From positions 3,160-18,989 of the forward strand of contig JBHLLO010000059.1 in NCBI GenBank assembly GCA_048885535.1: a DNA stretch of 15,830 bases. Direction: 5' to 3'. The number at the start of each line of letters is the position of its first letter. Position 1 is the first letter of the stretch. A model generated the notes under the pieces. The model did not search any database, was not told the DNA's origin, and was given only the letters and a program-made list of their open reading frames with translations. This document shows positions 8,840 through 15,830 of the stretch, piece after piece. A program made the translations under genes and the position numbers. This stretch comes from Candidatus Hermodarchaeota archaeon. GTDB taxonomy: Archaea; Asgardarchaeota; Lokiarchaeia; Sigyniarchaeales; SOKP01.

Positions 8840-9214
8840 TTAATGTCCTTTACACATTGCCCCTTCTAACTGTTCTAATTTGTTCTGAATTAGAAGTACA
8901 ATGTTATCCTTTAAAGTGCCATTAATCCCCTTATATAGCTTTATATTGTATTGAATAAACCCCATATAAGGTCTAGCGCCTATTCCACCCACAATCATAT
9001 CAGTTACATTCCGCTTTACCAAATTAATAACTGGTTCCATGCATCCAGAATGACCATCATTCTTTATTGAAAAGGTTTTTCGATAATTTTTATTTTCATC
9101 CACCTCAAAACCAATGAAATAATTACAATGGCCAAAATGTTCCGATATGAAATCATTTAGTTCAGGTCCATTAGAAGGAATTGCAATTAGTCTCTTCATA
9201 TAATTTCTATCCAT
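8840..9214 (-). CDS. NifB/NifX-family protein
   Basis: IAIPS..ISEHFGHCNYF, GHSGC, IVGGIGARP, C-terminal CKGH. Alternative start at ATG 9200. Confidence 0.85.
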   Translation of the reverse strand: MDRNYMKRLIAIPSNGPELNDFISEHFGHCNYFIGFEVDENKNYRKTFSIKNDGHSGCMEPVINLVKRNVTDMIVGGIGARPYMGFIQYNIKLYKGINGTLKDNIVLLIQNKLEQLEGAMCKGH

Positions 9215-9222
9215 ATCTTATT

Positions 9223-9257
9223 AATAATGAATAATGAATAATTATTCGAAATTATTC
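9223..9257. promoter_or_regulatory. Candidate operator: GAATAAT/ATTATTC heptamer array around the palindrome GAATAATTATTC
   Basis: AATAATG occurs twice (9223-9236), followed by the perfect 12-bp palindrome at 9236-9247 and ATTATTC at 9251-9257. It lies between a minus-strand TATA-like TTTTTAAA (~9281-9288) and the first NifX-family gene. Confidence 0.4.
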
Positions 9258-9400
9258 TCTATTATTATAGCCATTACTCCTTTAAAAATTTGATGTTAAT
9301 AATTAAATGTACAAATATGTAGGAAAAAACGAATAAAATACTTTTAAATACAAATAATTAGACTATTATGATAACTTTCTACAGGAAAATTACATTCTAA

Positions 9401-9943
9401 ATGCCTTTTTCGAAAAAACGAATTTATAAAATCTGTATTGTTGGTGATGGTGGAGTAGGAAAAACAACTATTCTTCACCAATATGTAGACGGAAAGTTTA
9501 TCGAAAATACCCAGATGACTATTGGTATCAATTTTTTTGTAAAATATATCTTTTTAAAGGAATTTGGTAGCAAAATAATTCTTCAAGTATGGGATTTAGG
9601 AGGACAGGAACACTTTTCTTCTGTTCGTCCGAGTTTCTATGAAGGGGCATCAGGAATAATATATACATATGATTTAACGAGAAGAGTTACCTTTGATAAT
9701 CTAACTAAATGGCAAAAGGAGATTAGTAGAATTTTAAATGGAAAAACTCCATGTGTTTTGATTGGAAATAAATTGGATCTAATTGATGATATAAAAAGAC
9801 AGATTTTTCCGAAGGATGTTCAAAATCTAAGAACAAAAATTATATTTACTGAATATTTTGAAACAAGTGCGAAAGAAAATGTAGGAATAGAAAAAGCATT
9901 CTACAAAATAACTAAAACCATTTATGAATCATTCCATAATTAA
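9401..9943 (+). CDS. Rab/Ras-like small GTPase (Asgard eukaryotic signature protein)
   Basis: G1 GDGGVGKT, G2 MTIG, G3 WDLGGQ, G4 GNKLD, G5 ETSAK; Rab-like KICIVG and SFYEGA. 180 aa, with no C-terminal prenylation Cys. Confidence 0.93.
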   Translation: MPFSKKRIYKICIVGDGGVGKTTILHQYVDGKFIENTQMTIGINFFVKYIFLKEFGSKIILQVWDLGGQEHFSSVRPSFYEGASGIIYTYDLTRRVTFDNLTKWQKEISRILNGKTPCVLIGNKLDLIDDIKRQIFPKDVQNLRTKIIFTEYFETSAKENVGIEKAFYKITKTIYESFHN

Positions 9944-9963
9944 TAGTTAAATCACCTTTTAAC

Positions 9964-10080
9964 TAGAAATCATCATTAAAACTTTTAACGTTTCAAAAAT
10001 TGACCTTAGATAATTACTAATTTATTAGTCAGGTTAATTCATGCTCGTTAAGCCCCGTGGAGCTATTGAAATGATTTCTA
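9964..10080 (-). ncRNA. Candidate structured small RNA (or MITE-like element), ~117 nt
   Basis: Perfect 10-bp terminal inverted repeat TAGAAATCAT (9964-9973)/ATGATTTCTA (10071-10080) enclosing two internal hairpins. A minus-strand CGAAA-TATATTATA (10114-10101) lies ~30 nt upstream of 10080. Strand is inferred. Confidence 0.35.
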
Positions 10081-10253
10081 ATAATTATTCAAAAAATTTT
10101 TATAATATATTTCGCTTAAATCTAGTGAAAATATAAATAAAATCTTGTTAGATTTTTCAAAATATTAACATTACATTAAAGATAATTGATGAATCATATT
10201 AAGTTAGAATAATAATAAAATAAATTTAATTGGAAAAATGGTGGTTTAGAATT

Positions 10254-11123
10254 TTGGGTGATGATGAGATACCTGATATTAATCTAAGGGAGACAATTCA
10301 AAACTCTCAACAAGAACTATTAGATGAGCGGATAGAAAATATTAGGAAGAATATGGAAAAGATAAAACACAAAATTGTAATTATTTCCGGAAAAGGAGGC
10401 GTTGGGAAAACAACGGTTGCAGTCAATCTTGCTGTAAGCTTAGCAAGTGTGGGTTTAAGAGTAGGTTTATTAGATGTAGATATAACTGGACCTAATGTGA
10501 ATAAAATGCTTGGGATTAAACCAGATATGAGACCTCGTGTTGATCCTGAAGCCAAAAAGTTTTATCCAGTAAATGGGCCTCTAAATATTAAAGTAATGAG
10601 CATGGCATTTTTAACCCAAGATAATGACACTCCTGTGATTTGGAGGGGTCCAATGAAAATGTCGGCCGTTCGTCAATTTCTCGGAGATGCTGTTTGGGGC
10701 GATCTTGATTACTTAATATGTGATTTACCACCTGGTACATCTGATGAAACCTTAGATATATTACAATTAATTCCTGATGAAAATGTCATTGTTGTATCAA
10801 CCCCTCAAGAAGTTGCTCTTATGGATGCAAGAAAAACCATAGCAATGGCACAAACGATGCAGAGAAAAGTCTTAGGAATCATTGAGAATATGTCTGGTTT
10901 TAAATGTCCTCATTGTAATACTTATATTGATCTCTATCCCCCTGGAGGTGCTGAAAAAGCCTCTAACGATTTTAGCATTACTCTTCTAGGGAAGATACCA
11001 TTTGAAACACAGATAAGTCAGCAAGGAGACCAAGGTTTACCATTCATATTGAAAAATCCTGAAAATGAAAGTAGTAGCGCTTTTAGATCGATTATTAAGA
11101 AAATTAGAGAAATATTAGAATAA
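10254..11123 (+). CDS. mrp: Mrp/NBP35/ApbC family Fe-S cluster carrier ATPase
   Basis: KHKIVIISGKGGVGKTT, DVDITGPN, VIWRGPM, WGDLDYL..DLPPGTSD, STPQ, IENMSGFKCPHC. TTG 10254 follows SD-like GGTGG (the track starts at 10230). Confidence 0.93.
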   Translation: MGDDEIPDINLRETIQNSQQELLDERIENIRKNMEKIKHKIVIISGKGGVGKTTVAVNLAVSLASVGLRVGLLDVDITGPNVNKMLGIKPDMRPRVDPEAKKFYPVNGPLNIKVMSMAFLTQDNDTPVIWRGPMKMSAVRQFLGDAVWGDLDYLICDLPPGTSDETLDILQLIPDENVIVVSTPQEVALMDARKTIAMAQTMQRKVLGIIENMSGFKCPHCNTYIDLYPPGGAEKASNDFSITLLGKIPFETQISQQGDQGLPFILKNPENESSSAFRSIIKKIREILE

Positions 11124-11337
11124 ATCTTCTCTTCCTAATGCATCCAAATTGCGCTTACACTTTTTAAATTAATAGGTTCATAGTTAGAATCTTTTTATTT
11201 CAAAATTACTAAATTCAAAATTATCTCATTTTGTTAATTTTGAAAAATATAAAAACAGTTTAAAAGGATAAGTGTTACTATGTTATTGCATTTTTAGAAA
11301 TCATCTAATTACATGTTAAGGGGAATATGCTATTAAT

Positions 11338-11832
11338 TTGGAAACCGATTCAGAAGTTTCAAAATTATTAAAAGGTATTATAATTTGTAAAGAAACGGGG
11401 GTATATTTACTAGATTTAATTTTGGATTCTGAAATTAATCCTATTTTGTTATCCTCATTTGTTGGGGCTCTCTCACTTTTTGGAGAAGAGAATATGGGAA
11501 AAATTGAGGAAATAACAATTAAAGGGTTAGATATTCAGATGATTATTGTTAGTAAAAATAAGCTTATTTTAATTGCTATAATGGATAAAGAGTTTTTAAA
11601 AGATGGTATTAGGGAAGAGGCTGAAAAGGCTCTCGATATGTTTTATACTCTTTATAAAAATGAAATTGAAGATTGTGTGGATGTTTACATATTTGATTCA
11701 TTTAAAAAAATCTTATATAAACAAATAAATGATTATTTCAATAAATTAAATAATAAAGAAAAGCAAGTAGAGATAGGAAATTTTGGATTTTTCACTGAAG
11801 CTATAGCTAAAATGAGAAATCATCGTGAATAA
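11338..11832 (+). CDS. Longin-like domain protein (Asgard-type)
   Basis: The beta-beta-alpha-beta-beta-beta-alpha-alpha pattern typical of Asgard longin-like proteins: GIIICKETGVYL, PILLSSFVGALSLFG, IEEITIKG, IIVSK.KLILIAIMD, KALDMFYTLY. Assigned by pattern only. Confidence 0.6.
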   Translation: METDSEVSKLLKGIIICKETGVYLLDLILDSEINPILLSSFVGALSLFGEENMGKIEEITIKGLDIQMIIVSKNKLILIAIMDKEFLKDGIREEAEKALDMFYTLYKNEIEDCVDVYIFDSFKKILYKQINDYFNKLNNKEKQVEIGNFGFFTEAIAKMRNHRE

Positions 11833-11872
11833 TTACATTTTCATTCTTAAAAAAATAGGGATTAAGAAATAG

Positions 11873-12367
11873 CTAAATCCCCGACTTTCTTCTTGCAAAA
11901 CTCCCAAATACTATTAAAACAGCTCCAATAAATGGACCTATCACACCAAAACAAGGTTTATATCCCCCTCCAGTAAAACTCCAGTGATTATATCCATATA
12001 TATTATAGAATGATTCCATCATAATGATCCAAGCGAGAGTAAAAGCAATTACTAATCCTGCCGATACAATCAATTTCCATCTAAGTTTCTTTAAATTCAG
12101 TGAATTTCTAAGATATATAGTAGTAAGTGTAATCGCTATAAGGCCATTTGAAAAAATAATTAAAGCTAGAAATGTAGAAATAGCTACAAGTAATAAATCT
12201 GTTCTTAGAAGATATATAGCAAGGGGATCAGTATCTACACTTATTTGAGTCATCCAGACGTAATAAAGAGGTGGACCATCATTGTAACTAGTCGGAGTTA
12301 AAACTGAAATTAATATAATTAAACTTCCAATAATATTAAGAATCCAGAGATACTCTCTAATTTTCAT
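11873..12367 (-). CDS. Four-TM membrane protein of unknown function
   Basis: Four hydrophobic segments (approx. aa 7-25, 59-86, 99-117, 140-157), a larger first loop containing YYVWM, and a C-terminal FGVIGPFIGAVL. Confidence 0.75.
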   Translation of the reverse strand: MKIREYLWILNIIGSLIILISVLTPTSYNDGPPLYYVWMTQISVDTDPLAIYLLRTDLLLVAISTFLALIIFSNGLIAITLTTIYLRNSLNLKKLRWKLIVSAGLVIAFTLAWIIMMESFYNIYGYNHWSFTGGGYKPCFGVIGPFIGAVLIVFGSFARRKSGI

Positions 12368-12451
12368 TGAAAATCAGCTTTTTGTATTTTTTGTTACCAA
12401 ATTAGATGATATGAAAACTAATAAGCTTATATAGAAAACCTTTAAAACATG

Positions 12452-12482
12452 AAATAAAATTAAAAAATAAAAAAATAGATTT
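12452..12482 (-). terminator. Oligo-T archaeal-type terminator candidate after the MFS gene
   Basis: The minus strand reads AATCTATTTTTTTATTTTTTAATTTTATTT immediately after the stop codon. Confidence 0.4.
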
Positions 12483-13853
12483 TTATAATTCAGCTATAGC
12501 CATTCGTCTTGCCAATTTTTCTTCTTCAGTGAGCTCAACTTCTCCTCTCCTGACGAAAAACATTAGAATTAATGCAATTAAAAGAAAAATTGCTCCATCC
12601 AGAAGAAGACTTTCCTTTCCAAAAGCGTCTCTCAAAATTCCAAGTAGAGCAGGTCCAAATATAGCTGCTAAGACACTGAAGAAATAATATAGTCCCGTGT
12701 ATGTTCCTATTTTTCTTATACTTGGAGCAAGTTCCCACACTATGACAATAGAATTAATATTAACAAAAGCCCATCCTATACCAAAAAACACTAAGATTAT
12801 AATTGTTACCAATTGTGTTCGAATTAAGAATCCAATGAGTAATGCAACAATCATTATGACTAACCCGATTTTAATACAATTTCTTCTCCCTATCTTATTA
12901 GCTAGCAAAGACAAGGGATAAGCCGCTATTATAAATGGGATCGCTACAAAATTAAATATAAGGCTTGCCATTCCTCCGCTAAAGTTCAAAACTCCGTTCG
13001 GAAAGTTAATTGGGTCATAAGGTCCAGCATAGATTGAAAATAGAGCTTCCATTCCTTGATATCCTACAAACCAGAAAAAGATCGCAAGCAAGATAAACAG
13101 AGTGCTTTTATCTTTTTCCTTAAATATATCTTTAAAGCTAGCACCAAGAGTCATCTTTTCCTTTTTCTCTTTTACTTTCCCTCCTTCCTTTGCTTCTGCT
13201 TCTAGTAGCATCTGGTAACTATATGACTTTGTTTCTTTAATTGTGAAGAAGAGTGTTACCATTGCGAGAATCATTATCACTGAAGCAACAATAAAAGGTA
13301 AATATGTATTTATATCTATTAACCAACCAAGAGTAAACGCTATAACGGCTCCAATACCACCCATTATGTTAATAATTGCATTCCCTTTACTTCTGTTTAC
13401 TGGTTTAACAAAATCTGGCATCAATGCTACAGCTTGTGATCGATAGAATCCCATACTAATACCAAAACAAAATATCCAGAGCAATAATATCCATAGCTGA
13501 CCAAAACCACCTCCACCGGTAAAGCTGGTAGGAAAACCTGTAGGAATTAGCATAAAAAAAATCGCTGAAAGAATTACTCCTATGACAATGTAAGGCATCC
13601 TTCTTCCATACTTTGTCCGTGTATTATCTGAAATATTCCCCATTATAGGTTGAATAATTACTCCAATTATGTTATCAACGGCCATTATAATGCCAACAGT
13701 AAATCCGGCTAATAAGAATCCTGCGAAATAGTTATCTAATGCTCGATTGACTTGTGTATTATATAGGCTCCAAGAAAATGTTGTAAAAAAAGCTAAACCA
13801 ATTAGGAAAGTTCGGCCTACTTTTAATTTCTCTTTTGACTTTTCATTTGACAT
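12483..13853 (-). CDS. MFS transporter, GPH/SLC45 (maltose/sucrose MalT-like) type
   Basis: About 12 TM segments; IIQPIMGNISDNTRTKYGRRMPYI; ALMPD...RSKGNAIINIMGGIG; LANKIGRR; IGTYTGLYY. ATG 13853 is preferred over GTG 13862. Confidence 0.9.
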   Translation of the reverse strand: MSNEKSKEKLKVGRTFLIGLAFFTTFSWSLYNTQVNRALDNYFAGFLLAGFTVGIIMAVDNIIGVIIQPIMGNISDNTRTKYGRRMPYIVIGVILSAIFFMLIPTGFPTSFTGGGGFGQLWILLLWIFCFGISMGFYRSQAVALMPDFVKPVNRSKGNAIINIMGGIGAVIAFTLGWLIDINTYLPFIVASVIMILAMVTLFFTIKETKSYSYQMLLEAEAKEGGKVKEKKEKMTLGASFKDIFKEKDKSTLFILLAIFFWFVGYQGMEALFSIYAGPYDPINFPNGVLNFSGGMASLIFNFVAIPFIIAAYPLSLLANKIGRRNCIKIGLVIMIVALLIGFLIRTQLVTIIILVFFGIGWAFVNINSIVIVWELAPSIRKIGTYTGLYYFFSVLAAIFGPALLGILRDAFGKESLLLDGAIFLLIALILMFFVRRGEVELTEEEKLARRMAIAEL

Positions 13854-13915
13854 TTTTATCACGTTAAAAGTTTTTGGTTTAAAGTTTAATTTTAAAAGTA
13901 AATTGTTTTTTGTTG

Positions 13916-13925
13916 TTTATATAAA
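13916..13925 (-). promoter_or_regulatory. TATA box candidate for the MFS gene
   Basis: TTTATATAAA matches the archaeal TTTAWATA consensus and lies ~65 nt upstream of the ATG. Confidence 0.45.
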
Positions 13926-13971
13926 TTTATAATTTCAAATACCGATTTAATAAAAGAAAATAAAGAAGGAT

Positions 13972-14124
13972 TTATAATTCAATTTCGATTTTGATTTGTT
14001 TAATTTCTTCAGGAATTTTCTTCGCAGACTTTAAATAGCCTAAAATTATGTTAATTAACATCTTTTCCATTAGTTCATTTAATGGGATTTCAGTTTCATT
14101 TACTTCTAATTTGACGTCTGTCAT
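13972..14124 (-). CDS. Small 50-aa protein absent from the ORF track; resembles the C-terminal extension domain of archaeal/deltaproteobacterial MobB proteins
   Basis: ATG 14124 to TAA 13972 encodes MTDVKLEVNETEIPLNELMEKMLINIILGYLKSAKKIPEEIKQIKIEIEL. It fills an otherwise empty ~400-nt gap and is followed by a T-rich tract. Confidence 0.75.
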   Translation of the reverse strand: MTDVKLEVNETEIPLNELMEKMLINIILGYLKSAKKIPEEIKQIKIEIEL

Positions 14125-14258
14125 AATTCTAATTTATTCTACTTTATATTTTAAAGTTTAACTTTATTTTTTAAAAAATTCTAATTCACGTTTTCCCAAT
14201 AATCATTCCAATAATAAAAACCATGCCCAGTATTCCAAATGACATCATTCAAAAATGA

Positions 14259-15830
14259 TTATAGTTTAATTTCTAAGCGATTTATTATATCATTCTGAAT
14301 AGGAGTGCCAAGATCTATAAAAGTTGCATTATACCCTCCAACCTTTACAATCAAATCAGGATACTTTTCAGGATGCTTTTGGGCATCTTTAAGTGTATCT
14401 GTTGAGACTACATTTGGTTGAATTTGCATTCCTCCCAAATCGAAATATGTTCTTAATAGATTATAGAATTTCACGATATTCTCTTTATTAGATAGATTTT
14501 GAGGATGGATTCTAATATTAACAGCAACGCCATTAGTTGAGTTTTCATAATTTAGTTTAGCGATTGAGTTTAAAATGGCAGTGATCCCATTCTTTTCTGC
14601 TTGATTCACCGGAGATAAACTATTAGAAATCGCTTCCATTGCTTTCCTTCCATCTGCAGTTGGTTGAGTAAAGAAACCTTCCATAACGTGGATTCCCATG
14701 GAATATGCCCCAGCACTATATCTTCCTCCTCTTAGGGGTTTATATTTAGCTACTTCAGAAGTAAAAAGATCCCATAAGTTCTTTGCTAACGTATCAATTT
14801 CATCTTTATCGTTTCCCCACTTATCATATTTATTAATTAACTTTTGACGTAATTCTTCTTGTCCAATGAAATTGGAATTTAAAATTTCAACTAATTCAGG
14901 CAACTTTTTCAAATTTTCTTCATAGACTAATTTTTTTATATTATATAGAGAATCAATTAAAGTAGCAAATCCATAAGCAGTGATTGAAGAAAAATTATAT
15001 TTCGCTCCTCCACAAACGTAGTCTTTCCCACTTTCCATACATCCATCCAAAGTAGCTGATATAAATGGATGTTGCATATACTTCATAGCTTCAATATCTC
15101 CAACCTCAGCTATTTTCACACATCTTTTAAGATTATATTGTAGTTGTCTGATAAATGCAGAATATAAATCTTCAAATGTTGAAAAATTCGAAATGTTTCC
15201 AGTTTGTAAACCAGCAATAGATTTAGACATATGATTATATCCATTATTTAATGTTAATTCTAGCACACCTGGTAAATTTATAAACATGCGAGCAGTTGCA
15301 GCAAAACTATTTCCTTGCCCTGTCGGTTCCACACACCCTATTATTACATAATTAGAAGCATCTTTCAAGGAATAACCAGCTTTCGTTAAAGCAGGTATAA
15401 TAATGTCGTCGTTATAGAATGCTATTCCTGAAGTATGACTTAATACCCTTATTGCTTCTTTAAAAAATTCCGTTGGTGTGTTCTTATGGACCCTAATAGA
15501 TAAATCAGTAGTAAATATTTTCACCCTTCTATAGGCTTCAAGAAAAAGATACGATATTTCATTTGTACCATCATTTCCATCCTCTAATTTTCCAGAGATT
15601 GTAATTGTCTGTGTATTTTGACCAAGGGCGTTAGCTACCATTGTGAAATCAGTTGGTAAAAGAGTAACATTCCAAGTAAGTTTCAGATTTAATTCTTCTA
15701 TCAATTCTAACGCAAAATTACGAGTTAATGTACCTATTTCAATATCTTTTTTATAATAAGGCCATAGAATTTGGTCTAACCGTCCTAAAGCAAGAACACT
15801 TCTCTGATAAATAATATTTGCAATGTTTTG
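14259..15830 (-). CDS. Glycyl radical enzyme (PFL superfamily, single-Cys eliminase-like), 5'-truncated by the window edge
   Basis: The frame is open to the window end (QNIANIIYQRSVLALGRLDQILWPYYKKD...). Cys loop IIGCVEP (15324-15338); KWGND; TADGR; DAQKHPEKYPDLIVKVGGYNATF glycyl loop (14331-14345). Confidence 0.92.
   Translation of the reverse strand, partial: QNIANIIYQRSVLALGRLDQILWPYYKKDIEIGTLTRNFALELIEELNLKLTWNVTLLPTDFTMVANALGQNTQTITISGKLEDGNDGTNEISYLFLEAYRRVKIFTTDLSIRVHKNTPTEFFKEAIRVLSHTSGIAFYNDDIIIPALTKAGYSLKDASNYVIIGCVEPTGQGNSFAATARMFINLPGVLELTLNNGYNHMSKSIAGLQTGNISNFSTFEDLYSAFIRQLQYNLKRCVKIAEVGDIEAMKYMQHPFISATLDGCMESGKDYVCGGAKYNFSSITAYGFATLIDSLYNIKKLVYEENLKKLPELVEILNSNFIGQEELRQKLINKYDKWGNDKDEIDTLAKNLWDLFTSEVAKYKPLRGGRYSAGAYSMGIHVMEGFFTQPTADGRKAMEAISNSLSPVNQAEKNGITAILNSIAKLNYENSTNGVAVNIRIHPQNLSNKENIVKFYNLLRTYFDLGGMQIQPNVVSTDTLKDAQKHPEKYPDLIVKVGGYNATFIDLGTPIQNDIINRLEIKL

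Noticed and set aside
7888-9214. Nitrogen fixation genes
   Set aside because: The NifB/NifX domain family is widespread in non-diazotrophs. There is no nifH, nifD or nifK here, and the ATPases are COG1149 and Mrp types.
9964-10080. 5S rRNA, SAM-I or TPP riboswitch, hammerhead ribozyme, or CRISPR array
   Set aside because: Only fragments match (size and GTTAAGCCC for 5S; AACC...AAGGT for SAM-I). The conserved cores are missing, the element is too AT-rich for 5S, and there is no second repeat for an array.
10041-10136. 31-aa plus-strand ORF MLVKPRGAIEMISNNYSKNFYNIFRLNLVKI
   Set aside because: It has no SD, no recognisable motif, and runs through promoter-like AT tracts.
11300-12410. Shared 11-mer ATCATCTAATT about 30 nt upstream of both convergent genes (11300-11310 on +, 12400-12410 on -)
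   Set aside because: An AT-rich 11-mer match between two upstream regions is plausible by chance, and it is not palindromic.
1184-13932. Short or antisense ORFs in the track (1184-1513, 1637-1831, 4774-5130, 5372-5560, 6817-7023, 7555-7761, 8527-8763, 10307-10555, 12024-12248, 12535-12738, 12697-12921, 13243-13446, 13747-13932)
   Set aside because: All overlap well-supported genes on the opposite strand or in another frame and show no recognisable motifs, so they are treated as shadow ORFs.
14259-15830. Annotation as pyruvate formate-lyase (pflB) supplying formate to Fwd
   Set aside because: It has a single-Cys GCVEP loop rather than the adjacent Cys-Cys pair of true PFL.

Overview
This AT-rich (~30% GC by eye) window is gene-dense and most likely comes from an Asgard archaeon (Lokiarchaeia-like). 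That call rests on a Rab-like small GTPase, a longin-like protein and archaeal BRE/TATA and SD-like signals. On the minus strand, an orange-protein (ORP)-like cluster of three NifB/NifX-family genes and two ferredoxin-containing MinD-like ATPases lies directly upstream of a formylmethanofuran dehydrogenase-like operon (fwdG/H-B-D-A, with no fwdC or fwdF), followed by an iron-containing alcohol dehydrogenase. The plus strand carries a Rab-like GTPase, an Mrp/NBP35 Fe-S carrier and a longin-like protein. The right end holds a tetraspan membrane protein, an MFS sugar-type transporter, an unannotated 50-aa ORF and a partial glycyl radical enzyme. The most notable points are: (i) both Fwd catalytic subunits appear to carry substitutions at catalytic residues; (ii) the glycyl radical enzyme has a KVGGY motif and active-site loops unlike characterised classes; (iii) a ~117-nt structured intergenic element has a well-placed BRE-TATA; (iv) the ADH probably uses a non-canonical ATA start. 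Comparisons with reference proteins were made from memory and need real alignments.
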